Source of the DNA: Sphyrna mokarran | Taxonomy: Eukaryota | Length of the DNA stretch: 64,000 bases | Direction of reading: 5' to 3' | Assembly: GCA_024679065.1 (NCBI GenBank) | Contig: JAGIQG010000012.1 | Location: 54,684,001-54,748,000 of the forward strand | The notes under the pieces: generated by a model | Seen by the model: only the letters and a program-made list of their open reading frames with translations | Told to the model about the DNA's origin: nothing | The model's database searches: none | In this document: piece by piece, positions 12,985 to 25,200 of the stretch | Layout: each line of letters opens with the position of its first letter | How positions within the stretch are numbered: position 1 is the first letter of the stretch | Made by a program: the position numbers and the translations under genes

Positions 12985-14282
12985 CAAACCTGGTTCTCCC
13001 CCATAATCTTACATCAGAAGAGTTGTCCCACCTTAACCAGGTCAACTGAAGGCAGCATATCGCAGGATAGATCACGGTGTTAGCCCATCCTGCTACTAAA
13101 CATGTCTGCCACTGTGGCCAGTTTAGCAATAATAACTACAGAGTTAAGGATAAGTCTCTTGATGAGGAATTGTTTTTCTTTGTGACACTGCCAGGGTTGG
13201 GGATTAATGGTGGAAAAATTCCCCAGATCCCATGCCAGCAATCTTGAAATTAAGTCTAGGTACAGCCGTTAACTTGTAGTCTAATAAACAAATTAAGCTC
13301 CAAGATGGTAAATTAACTGATAGCTGGAAGATATTTAAGGATATGTATTATTATTTGAAATGTAGGGTTGTGTGGACATTTTCCATGCTTTGATTTCAAG
13401 TTAAAATGATGGATTTCCATTGATTTCAGGATATTTGCAACTTTGAACCAAACAGTCTAAATTTGGTTCTGTAGAAGGCAGTTGATATTTATTTAAGTGA
13501 CAAAACAAAACTAACGCCATTCTGTTCAATTAATTCTGTAACATTTAGCAAGGGAACTGAACTAATTTTAAATGTTAGCTGAACAAAGTGAGTTCAGCTG
13601 CAAAAAATGCACAAGACACAACACTGGATACAGTCATTTTCTCTGACCATCACATTAAATCCTGATGTCAAAACGATCAATTGGCAAAGCCTTAAAATGT
13701 ACAGAAATAACCTTAGCGTTCCATTCAACGCAAACAAATACATAATGTACAAAATTAAAGCTCAATAATTGACTACCTTCTTTGCAATTCACAAAATTAC
13801 ATCCTCAAAACCGGCATATATCAGTATTTGCATAAATGGTATCTTTCTTCTTAGTGAAAATCCTGAGCCCACAAAATCCAATTATTCTCCAGCCTCTAAC
13901 CCGAAGACGCTACATTTTGTTTTTGAGCAATGCCAGAGGAGGTCATTTTGAAGCACCGGCAACTCACAGAGGAAAGGTAGGATTATGTGTCCCGCCTGCG
14001 CTCCCTCAACCCCCTCCCGCCAACCCCCACCCTTGCTCCATCCACGAAGTGGGCAGAAATAGGCTAGTTAAGAGTCTAGAAAAGGGCACTTGAAGAGGCT
14101 AAATGGTATAACACAACACAGTCAAACTCCAGGTTCTCATTGCAATGGCAGAGGGTTTAACCAGCTGGAGGCATGCATTCCATGCCATGCCATGAGCCAG
14201 CACATCAGACAAGTCTACCAGCCCTCCTCCCTTGCCCAGATGTGGGCACACCCAAACGCCATCCTGTAAAAAGAGCAAATAA

Positions 14283-14710
14283 AAAGACCTACATTTTTAT
14301 TCAGTACTTTTAACCACCAGACGTCACAAAATGCTTTACAGCCAATAAAGTACTTACATTTTGAAATGTAGTCACTGCTGTAAGGCAGGGAACACAGTAG
14401 CAATTTGCACACAGTAAACTCCCACAAATAGCAAATTGATAGTGACTAAATAATCTCTTTTTCTGTGAAGTTGACTGAGGAGTAAATATTGACCAGAATA
14501 TCAGGGCCAACTCCCCCACTCTTCTTTGAATAGTGCCATTGGATGTTTTACATCCACATGAGCAGGTATATAGAGCCTCAACTTAACACCCCATCAGAAA
14601 GAAAAAAGACTCTGACACAGCATCAGCCTCGGAGTTTGGCACTCAAGAACTGATGGGTAATTGAACATAGAAGCCTGCGACTCAGATGAGGGTGCAACTA
14701 ACTGAACTAT
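14283..14710 (-). mobile_element. DeuSINE (SacSINE1/AmnSINE1-like)
   Basis: Reverse complement has the Deu core GTGGATGTAAAACATCCAATGGCACTATTCAAAGAAGAG and tail CAGTGACTACATTTCAAAA...TTGGCTGTAAAGCATTTTG. Confidence 0.8.
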
Positions 14711-15649
14711 GGATTTTGCAGTCAAAGTCCGCAACCACACACCCCCCCCCCAACATACCGGAATCTGGGAGCAGTTGGGCCTCCTGTTTCTTACTGTGAT
14801 GGAAAGGTTCTACCCCAATCTCTCTCTCTTTCATGCACGCACACATTGATTCTTTATTTGTGAGCAGCACTTTGCTCAGAGGCGAGAGACAAATGACACA
14901 GATTTTGACCTTCCTGCCATCGATCCCTGTGCTAGCACTTGCACATGTCCGCAGCAGTGTGAACATCCCAAACAGACATCCTACTCCAGCTCAATGGTTG
15001 GTCAGTGAGCAGTGCTGAGCTGGCTGGTATGCACGCTGATCCAGAAATGGAGGGAGAGAAGATGTGGGATCAGAAGATAAGATCAGGACAGCAGCTGTCC
15101 ATGGTACTCTCCTGGAGTCTGAATGTGCACTCCTCCTGGTTCCACTAAAAGAACATCAGCAAATATTTGGAGCAGAGATTACGGCCTAGGCCACATGGGC
15201 AGTACACATGCAACAATACCAGAGGACTCAACTGATTATTAAAAGGGCCCATCATAACAAACAAGTGATGCTTTGACAATCAAAAGCCTCTTCCAAGGTG
15301 TTGGCATCCACACGGACACCATAAAGGAGACAGTAAGTGATCTGATGCCAGCTCCAGACTATTACCACCCTGATTGCATCAGTGAAGCGTCTGAAAATTA
15401 GTCACTCCATTCTCTGCACTGATGCTCAGTGATGGAATAATTTTCACATCATTATTGAAGATTTAAAGAATTCTTATTGAAAAAAATAATAGTCATACCT
15501 ATTTGTTTTGTTTTTAATTTGGTGAGGCAAGGATTCTTCCAGCTTTTTTCAGTTACACTCTTCCTCTCTTTGATTTCCCTGGGGCCCTAGTCACAACAGA
15601 GGGATTGGTCAAAATCTGACCCTGCAGCAAAAATGTTGTTGCTCTGAAT

Positions 15650-15668
15650 TGCCCACCAGGGGGTGCAG
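15650..15668 (+). promoter_or_regulatory. CTCF-like motif
   Basis: TGCCCACCAGGGGGTGCAG matches consensus TGGCCACCAGGGGGCGCTA at 15/19 positions. Confidence 0.35.
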
Positions 15669-15859
15669 AAGTGGCCTTCTCCAGCTTTTTTTTTTACCTG
15701 CCTGTAGGTAAGGGCTTGGTTCCACCAAACCCAGTGTTTCATGGGAAGGAATTGTCAATGCAATCCCAGCTGCTACCACTCTGTGGCATAACACACTGCC
15801 GGTGAAAAACTACCATTCAATTCCTAAATGGGGAAAAGCAATTAGTGACAAGTAACTCA

Positions 15860-16159
15860 ATTCAATGTTCTTCTCACACCCAGTGGCACGCTACAGCAGA
15901 CTCCTGTCCATTTCATAGCCAGTAGTTGCAGGAAAAGGTCTTTAGTCTGCCACTTATAGCTTGAGGGGCACCATGCCATATCAAGTATGGCTGACCAGAT
16001 GTCTCTCCCACCCTCATACCAGCCATGGGCCCGTTTGGAAGGATTTGCAAGTTTGACACATTCAAACACCTTCCTTGAATGATCAAGCCCTGGGGTGGGA
16101 TTTGAACCCAGAGCTTCTGGCTTAGAAGCAGGGATGCTACCCACTACACCACAAGAACC
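15860..16159 (-). mobile_element. tRNA-derived SINE, non-HE1 family
   Basis: Reverse complement head GGTTCTTGTGGTGTAGTGGGTAGC...GGGTTCAAATCCCACCCC has A and B boxes; the body and tail differ from HE1. Confidence 0.75.
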
Positions 16160-17229
16160 TAAGCAACTGATCAGCCTTTTGTAAGGGAAGTCAGTTTCGT
16201 ATTGTCTCAGCGAATTTATTTTGAAAAGACATACATGAACTTTAATTTTGTCATATTCAACGAAAGGGAAGGTCTTTTTCCATGCTAAATCCCAATTCAA
16301 GTTCTTTGCAAAGCAAGAAACTGGCAAGAGGTGGTTCTCTTTCTTGGGCCTTCTCCTTCTCCTCATTTGCTGCACAGCATACAGGAGTGACTGATGTAGT
16401 TTGGGGCGGGGGGGGGGGGGGGGGGGGGGGGTGTAGTTGGGGGTGTTGACTCATTTACTGGCTTCACTTCCACTTTCCTACAACGCTGATCATCCTTTAA
16501 TTGCCTGGACAGCATCCAAAGTCTTGGAAAGGAGGGTAAGAACATGGGGTGGGGGTGGGAGGAGGAGTGGCAAGGAGATAAATCATAGGTGCCAACCTCG
16601 AATAATGCACGACCCCATCGTAAAAAAGAAGAAAAGATTTTTATCATCGCCACCCAAGACAGTTTGAATTGTTATATAAATTAATCACGCACCAATAGCT
16701 GCAGAGAAGTGAAAAAAAACTGATGAAAAGATGCATTAACAATAATATGCTACCGGAGGCAGCATTTTAATAGTACATGTTTCAATGCAATTCAGCAGAA
16801 ATGCTCAAAAAAAAACTTTCATCAGGCTTGTGAACCTCATCAATAAGCTACGGAGGGAATAGAATTTACATGTTTTGTCAAGTTCAGTGGATTTGTACAG
16901 GCAAAAAAGGTGGATTTATTGCTTGCCTTCAATCCCTCAAACGATATGAAGCATGTGGTGGCGGGGGGTGGGGTAACTGAAGCCTAAAAGGGATGTGAAA
17001 TGGGTGAGGCATCATTAGGGCCCAAATAATGACAGGAGATAAAATGTATCTCATTATCAGGTTTCTATCTCTATTCTGTATGAAGGGGGAGCTGTCTGAG
17101 TTAATCCACTGGTTACTGGCAGTTTACCTATTGACAGGGAGGCAACTCGAGGGTTTAGATTCTCTTAAAGGAGATGCTTACTTTGCCTATATTATGTGCT
17201 CCAGTGGTTGAATGTGGGGAATTGAGTCC

Positions 17230-17380
17230 ACAAGAGTGCTGCAAAATTTCCAGGTAGCACTGTGGAGGTTCTTGTAGAAAAAGACAATAGGGGGAGGTTG
17301 ATGGAACAAGGCCAACAGAATAAATAGTCTGGCAGCTATGGATGAAAGTGGCTGAAGTGATGCATGCTATCAGTCGTGGA
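17230..17380 (+). pseudogene. Harbinger Myb/SANT-like N-terminal remnant
   Basis: KSAAKFPGSTVEVLVEK and WMKVAEVMHAIS resemble RAPRFSxxxLEVLVEE and WxxVAxxVxAxS. Confidence 0.45.
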
Positions 17381-17959
17381 ATTTCTGACAACCTCTACGG
17401 AAGCTCAGACTGTGCCTTCGAGGCTGAGGGTTTCAAAAATCTCCTGCAGACTTGCTTAAGCATGAAGACTGGGATTTTTAAACTGTCACAAAACTTAAAT
17501 ATCTTGCATGTTAGTCTTATGCTCCTGTGAGGTGCTCTGTATCCAGTGAGAGTGCTTGAGACGGCCATCATGCGTGATCTCCAGAAACTCAACATGAGGA
17601 GATCCACAGCATATCTCACAAGAGTGACAGTGCCATTGGCAACTCAGAAGGGGGTACCTGCTAATAGTCTCTCCAGCCAAATGCAGGACTACTTTCCTAC
17701 TATCTTGTCAAACAGTGTTCATGCTGGTTTCAAAAAGACAGCAAGGCCTAACTGCTCTGATATTAGCCAAGATACTGCATCCTGCAGTTCAGCCTTCTCA
17801 GATCCAAATTAATCAACTGATATTGTAAGTGGGCTTCTTATAAGTAAGCTTTATTGGCAAATTGTACTTTGGAGTTTCAGAAAACTTCTGTCTAGAGGCA
17901 CAAATATCCCCTGGCAATGAGGACTTTGTCCTTAGTCTGCACTGTGACCAGAGGCCAAC

Positions 17960-18920
17960 GTGAGTGAAGAACAGCAATCAACAGAAGATGGACCTGCAGC
18001 TACAGAAAGGAAAGGTGAGGAAGAAAAGGTCTCACCAGTCCTTATACTTTATGGGCTCACAGGAGAAAAAAAACCTTCTCTCCAGCCACAACTCCAACTT
18101 GAACCCAGTACCAGGTCACAAATTTCATTACCCATGGCTCACAATCTGTGAATGACAAACTCACTCTTCACCAGAGCAGACTAGTTTATTTCCTTCTCTT
18201 TGGAGAAAACAAAGTAAAATGACAGCATTCTGCATATACCGCAATTAGAGACTTTCGCCAGGCGCAAGCATTTCTTGCTTAGCTAGTTTCAAGTCAAGAG
18301 CCTGGTGAACACATGTAGGAGCGGGCTATGGCCCAACTGCTGACAAATGGGACTAGTATAGATTGGTATTTGATGGTCAGCATAAACATGGTGGGCCAAA
18401 GGGTCTGTTATTGTGCTGTGTGACTCTATGAAGAGGGATATCTATTTGCTGTACAGTGCACAATGTTGGTCTGCGTGCCCGTTTCCTGGCTCATACCATG
18501 ATGCAATTATCTTGCATCAGCTGTCATTTGTGGCTCATTTCCAGCTGCATATTGGGTAATAGGTGGGCTGTTTTGGAACAACTGATGTCCTGTGAATACA
18601 TGGTTCATGCCGCCTGTCAGGAAGCCATGCACAGACACCCAGATGCGATATAATCAGAGCCATGTCTCTGTCACAGGTCTGCACAATTCATCCTGACGCA
18701 GGATGTTCCGTATGAAAACATCCTGCAGTACAGCTCTGAGAGAGTCTTGCTTGAGTGTGTACATTGCAAAACTTTGGTCTGCAAAGGGAACAATTATTGA
18801 TCTCAATTAGGGATGAAGCGGTAAAAGCAGAGTAGCAAAAACTACCATGGGATTCTCAGGAAGTGCAAGGGTTATGATCCTGTCAGCATCAAGCTAATAA
18901 TCAGCAGTTCATTAAGGAAT
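17960..18920 (+). pseudogene. HARBI1-like Harbinger DDE transposase remnant
   Basis: Collinear motifs LQPQLQ..SLPMA, TNSLFTRADxFISF, FPGSYHDAIIL, TWFMPPVRKP..RYNQSH and LQYSSERV, with frameshifts, deletions and a CR1 tail inserted. Confidence 0.8.
18300..18430 (+). mobile_element. CR1 3' tail inserted in the transposase remnant
   Basis: GGTGGGCCAAAGGGTCTGTT...TGACTCTATG. Confidence 0.75.
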
Positions 18921-19907
18921 ACAATCATCCCTGCCTCACCCTGCCCCCATCCACACCAAGAGTCCTTCCTACCATCAGGCCCAGTCCTTCCATTCTCCAG
19001 ATGAATGAATTCAACTTAAACATCATCACAAGTATTTCTACACATCACGTAGCATGGTCAATAAACAATAAAACTCTGCACAACAGTGAAAATTTGTCAT
19101 GCCAATTTGATGTACAAAATCAAAGTGTCACCTGGTCTTGGGTGCTCTTCATGTTGAAGAAATTGTTAGCCCAGCGGCTAGAGGGTGGGAGATAGAACGC
19201 TTCTCTTTTTCCAATAAGAATGCTTGAGACGGCCCAAAAGTGATCTCGAGGAGCTTGTATCTGAGAAGGCTCAACTGCAGTTGTAATAGTTGTATGTTTT
19301 GTGATAAATTATGTATGTTTTAATGCAGTGATTGATCATAAAGCTCTATTCTTCAAAAGGAAGTGACCATTAAATTGACTAGCATTGTGCAAGTGTTCAC
19401 ATGCATTACAGCACTTTCTCCAATGGAGAAAAGGCTCTTATGCATTCAACATTATAAAGAATCAGAGATTAAAGTACCATCTGGACACTGTGCTTTCAGC
19501 TTTACATCTGCTGAATCTTTGACGTACTCTTCCAGTATTTACTGTGGACCAAACACAATCCTACAACAACATTAGGAAATTATTGAAATGGTCATGAACC
19601 TATCAAAATTAAAAAGACAATCCATTCAAACACTTAAGTGCTTGGAAAACTATCAAAATAAACAGATATTCAAAAATTATTTCAGAGAAACATATTTGGC
19701 TCAGAAGCTTATTAAACTGTCAATGGATGCTCAATGCTTACAATCACCTTGTTAGAAGTGTAAACAATTCCCTACAGAGCTTATGGAGTTAGGAGCACAG
19801 TGAAGCATTCATTATGAGATTCCACGACATAAATGTGTCGACCACAGCTCTAAAGCTGACATACTGAAATTTGTGAAGCAGACTGGACTGTTTGGATTGC
19901 TTCAGAG

Positions 19908-19953
19908 GCTGAACAGATGGCTGATTTGTCAAACAATCAGCCATCTGTTGAGC
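19908..19953. repeat. Near-perfect inverted repeat (19-bp arms, 8-nt spacer)
   Basis: GCTGAACAGATGGCTGATT-TGTCAAAC-AATCAGCCATCTGTTGAGC, 18/19 positions complementary. Confidence 0.9.
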
Positions 19954-20279
19954 TGGGTGGGGGGCATAGGAAGTGGTGGAGGCGATAGGAAAGGGATGAG
20001 GGCTAGGATAGCTAATAGGCATCTACAGAACTGAAATGATGTACCACTGAATATTGGTGTGCCTTGAAATCTGTCAGACTTGGTTCCGACGCACCTCCAT
20101 TCCCACCCTGGATCTGTTTCAGGAAAAGGTGGCCATGACTCCAGCCATCACCACTACCCCACAATGAAAATAACATAGAAGAGCCCTGCCAGACAGAAGG
20201 GAAGATCACAGTGAGGAAATGACCCAACTTGTAATTTCCCTCTTGAATATGACCTACAAATTAAGAGCAAATGAATAAT

Positions 20280-22040
20280 TTAAGAAAGGCTAGGGTCTAT
20301 CAGGGATGAAGGTGGTAACTTATTCATTGTTGCAGATGATATGGGCATGGTTATCAATGACTACTTCTCTCTTCATTAAAGAAAGGGGTGATGATGCAGA
20401 TATTTTAATTAAAAAGGAGGCATATGATATATTAGATTCAATAAGCTTTGTGAGAGGGAGGAAGAACTAAGGGGACTGAAATTCTTGAAAGCTGATAAAG
20501 CACCAGGGCCAGATAGATTGTTAATTGAAGCCATGGAGGAAATAACTGATGCTCTGAGGAGTATTTTCAATCCTCACAAGATGTGGTAATTGTACCAGAG
20601 CACTGGAGGTCTGTAAATGTTGCGCCATTATTTAAAAAAGGTACAAGCAATACGTCAGTAAACTATAGATCGGTCAGCTTGACTTCGGTGGTGGGCAAAT
20701 TATTGGAATCAATTTTGGAAACAGGATAAACTGTCAATTAGAAAGGCACAGATTGATCAGGGATAGTCAGATTGGCTATGTTAGAGGAAGATTGTGTTTT
20801 ACTAATTTAATCAGATTTTCTGAGGAAGTAATAAGAAGGATTGATGAAGCTTGTGCAGTGGATCTTGTCTACATGGATTTTCGTGATGTACGTGATAACG
20901 CCCCACATGGCAAACTGATCAGGAAAGTGAAATTTCATGGCGTACAGGAAAAGGTGATAAGTTGGATCCAAAACTGACTCAATGACAGCAAACAAAGGCT
21001 AATGATCAATGATGTTTTGTGATTCCAGTGTTCCACAGGGTTCAGCACTGGGCTTTGCTGCTTGTTGTATATGTTAATGATCTGGACTAAAACGTGGGAG
21101 GCATGATTAGGAAATTTGCAGATGACATAAAAATTGGCCACGTAGTTGTTAATGAAGAGGAAAGCTGCCGACTCCAGAATGATATCAATGGTTTGATTAA
21201 GTGGGTGGAAAAGCGGCAAGTGGAGTTTTAGCTGGAGAACAACAAGGTAATGCATTTGGAGAGGGCTAACAAAATAGGGAACAGACAGAAAACAGGAGGA
21301 TATTGAATGGGGTAGAGGAAGTGAGAAGCCTTAGTGCGCATGTGCACAGGTCCCTGGAAATTACAGGACTGGCAGATCAGTTGTTTCTTAAAAAAAAGGA
21401 TTAGTCTTGCTCTCCTTTATTGGACAAGAAATTAAATACAAAATTAGGGATGTAATGCCAAGACTGTATAAAATGCTAGTTAGGGCACAGCTGGATTTTT
21501 GTGCACAGTTATGGTCACCACATTACAAAAAGGACATAATTACTCCAGAGAGAGTGCAGAAGAGATTTACAAGGAAGTTGCCAGACCTTGAAAATTTCAA
21601 AGAGGAAAGGTAGGATAGGCTAGGATTGTTTTCCTTAAAACAGAAAAGGCTGAGGAGTGACCTAATTCAAATATACAAAATGATGAGGGGCCTAGATAGG
21701 GTAGACAGGAAAGACTTGTTTCCCTGAGTTGAGGGACCAATTACCAAGGGGCACAGATTAAGATGACTGATAAAAGGGTTAGAAAGGGAGACACGAGGAA
21801 AACATTTTCCACCCAGTGAATTCATCCAAAATTCACCTGCCCATATCGATGGTTGGGGCAGGAATATTCAACCCACAGGTAACTGGATCAGCACCTGAAG
21901 TGCTGTAACCTGCAAGCCTACAGACCAGGTGAGATTAAAACGAACAGCTAGTTTCTTTTACTCTCCATTGTTTTGGCAGAGGTGGACCCAATGGGCCGAA
22001 TGGCCTCTTCCTGCGCTGTAACTTTTCTGCAGTTCTCTGA
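20280..22040 (+). mobile_element. CR1 LINE, RT domain to 3' tail, degenerate
   Basis: KAPGPD, NYRSVSLTSVVGK, RDSQIGYVRGRLCFTNL, VDLVYMDF, KFADD, QLWSPHYKKD; tail GGGCCGAATGGCCTC. Confidence 0.92.
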
Positions 22041-23849
22041 TTCTACGAGCATTATTCACTGAAGCTGCTTGTCTGGAGTGGCAAGGAGTGGGTGTCCCAT
22101 GATAGACGGATGGAAAAGACAAATATTTTGAAATGAGCATAAAATACATGAAGAGTTTATGCAGGCGCAATAAACTGACCTCAACTGTATTAATATTAGC
22201 GAGGGTTTTGGGCAGGGCAATAGAGAAGTCTAAATAGGTTTTAAATTTAGAAACTGCAAATATAATACGTCAGCATGGTAAAATGGCAGTGCGCAAGCTG
22301 GAACTGAAAATTTAACTACCACCTGACTTCACATAAATGCAATCCCATGGATTGGTACCAAGCTGAAAATAAGCAGGAGAAAGAACAATACCACATTTTA
22401 AGCAAAGGCACCAGGCTGGTTGAAAAAATTAACTTAGCAAAATCAAATGTTGCCTACATCATGTGTGCCCTACATGGTTGGTATTTTAAGCTCTGCAATG
22501 AATTCCTTCACCAGTCAATGTGGGGCACAAACTATTATAGTGTCCAAAAATGACCTGGAGTGAGGGACACTTGCTGCTGGCTGCAGCTATCATCAGCTGT
22601 CTTTTGTCAATGTTTCTCTTAAAGAACCATTATTGAGAAGACTCTGTGCTTTAATAAGATGAACTCTTGATTAATATGAACTGAATCAGTCAGTCTCAGT
22701 AGAGGTTCAGTGTGTTGCCTCTCAAAATGTGGGACAGTTGAGAAGTATATTGCCAGTGAGAAAATAAAGTGCTTTTCTGATACTTTCTCAATCAGGAAAT
22801 GCCTGCTCAACGTGCATGTTTTAGGTGTCTGTAGAGCATCAAAATAACTTTAGGAATCACAGCAGAACTGTCAAGTAAACATGAAACACTGTTTATCACT
22901 GAGAGAACGTATAAATGTATGTGCAGGCTTTCAGAAGCAAAACTAAGGAAGATGATGCAAAGCTTCTCTGGAGGGTTGCATGTGAGAAAATGTTTGTGAG
23001 ATTCTAAACAAAGTTTTCAATACAACTGGAGAAAGTACACAGTTAAAAATAAAATCAGGAAGGTTTACTGGGCAAACCAAATGCATATTCTGTTGGGAAA
23101 CATTTTTGAACAAGTGACAAGAGGGCAGCTGTTAACAATGTCTGGCACTTTTGTCTTTCATATCATTTTTGTTCATACACTACAGTATGTTTGTTTACTG
23201 TACATAACATTTCCTGGCCAAGACAGCCTTGCTGCAATTTATAGCAGATCTTTTCTGAACTACTGCTAGTGTCCACTTTTAAACGAAAACAATTAGCAAT
23301 AACTTAGCTTTATGGTATTTGGTATTGATATTTCATATATTTTTGAACAAAGCTATCAAATATGCAAACAGAATGCTCTGTTATCCAGCTCAATGTGTAG
23401 AAATTTGAATACATGTCATTTAATCATTTTTATGAAACATATAAAATGCTCACAGTATTCATAAAGGTATCTTGCTTAGGTCTTTGTTCATTCCAGAATG
23501 ATGGAATTGCTGGGGGCACCGTATAGTTTTTACTGGAAAGTGGTATCACTATAACTCCCTCCCAGTTGCCCTCCTGTGCTTTTAATGTATAGTCTCTATA
23601 TGAAACGGCAGACACAAAAGGTTTGCTGCCCAGAAGAGACCACTTTGCAGCTAAACATTGTAGATAGTCACAAAGATGTTAATTTCATGCAACTCACAAC
23701 CAGCAGTCCATTTAAAGCACAACTGATCCTTACTCTGGGTTGAATATATGAAGCAAATGCAAGTAAAACTAATTTAACCTTTGAAAACTTATCTCCAGGG
23801 GGGAAAACAGTCAAAATCCCTTTATAAGATTTTTAAGCACTGCAATTAT

Positions 23850-25200
23850 TGATGAGTACTATATTACTTCAATTTTCTCTGATCAGAAAAGCAAAACCAC
23901 CAGAGACTGGAGCAGCTGTCAAGTCATTTTCCGACTGGAATGAAGTAGTTTACAGTGGGTTTGTGTTGGTCTCCGAAGACCCAGTTAAGAAGCCTTTTTA
24001 AACTGCCTTAAAAAAGCCAACTCATACATTAATCAACTTCAGCCTCTGCCTATACTTGCTGCAATACATCAATTACTACACTTTTCTAATAAATTCCCGT
24101 TGACGGTGACTGCCTTATTAAAGCCTACTAAAACGATACAATATAAGTAAAAGGCTATTAATAGTACCTATCGGCGCAGCTATCGCCTTACGAAGAATTA
24201 CAGCACAATCTGCTAACGGAATTCATACTGCATTACAATTAACATCAGTAAAGCTAATTCTAACAACATCCAGCTTGCTAATTTTATACACTAATAATAA
24301 AAGACATTGCTATGCAAGATCAGCCTCTTTTATCATGCTTCCATGGCTCACCAGAGATCTCCTGCCATTGTTCACATGAAAGACAATTATACCAAAGAAC
24401 ATCAAACCCAAAAATGACAATCTGCTAACCAGCACTGGGTATTGCTAGATTCATTTCTCCATTTTCTGAACCAATAGACAACAATTCTCGGTGGACACGA
24501 GAGGGGGTTGGTGAGGGTTGGGGGGGGGGGGGTGGAACTGGTGGAGGAACGAAGTGCCCTGCACTGATTTATGCTTCTCTCTTCTGCATTCATCAACTGA
24601 CTGCTGCCATTTCCCGATCAACATTTTTATAGCCCGAGGTTCAAAATGCTGGACACGTTTGAAGAAATGCACCAATAATGATGGCCATATATTTCCATAT
24701 TTAAAAACAATGCTGCATGTTTGGAAAAGGAACTGCAGCGTGCCACAGGGGAGCCCGTGCCACAACAGGTTGCATGCTAAATCTCAGCCCTGACAGCTGT
24801 AGCAATGCAGGTCTCCCCTTACCCCCCAAAAAAGGAATGGTTATGTCTGCACAGCAGTAAAAAGGCCGTCGTGTGCCTGGTTACCACACCAGCACGTGCC
24901 GACCGGCTTACTTCCAGCTCAGCAAGTGGGCTTAAGTTTATTGTGTGACAATGAACAGGGCTCGAGAAGTTAAATTACACTAAATATTTGCGAGCTGAAG
25001 GTGTTGCATTACATTGGACGTAACTCTATCAACGCATTGCACTGGGGGAAAAAAAAGATATTTGGGTCCAAAGCAGGTACTTGCAAATTTATGCTTTGCA
25101 GAAAAGGCTATAAAATTATGCGCCTCATACAGCATAATACGAACAGCCCAAAATAAGGTCGTCAATCTCTTTTAGTGTGTCCACCACGACTTAAATTCTG
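23850..25200. promoter_or_regulatory. Candidate conserved enhancer block
   Basis: No recognisable repeats, retained CpGs, SOX (ATTGTT/ACAAT), TCF-like (ACATCAAA), PBX-HOX (TGATTTAT, about 24566) and MEIS (TGACAG, 24791) motifs. Conservation was not tested. Confidence 0.4.

Noticed and set aside
16088-16159. tRNA-like sequence (and similar heads of other SINEs)
   Set aside because: Has A and B boxes but continues into a SINE body and lacks a proper cloverleaf, so not a tRNA gene.
15857-16375. 172-aa ORF with an Arg-rich N-terminus
   Set aside because: Runs through a tRNA-SINE, has no domain and no convincing splice donor.
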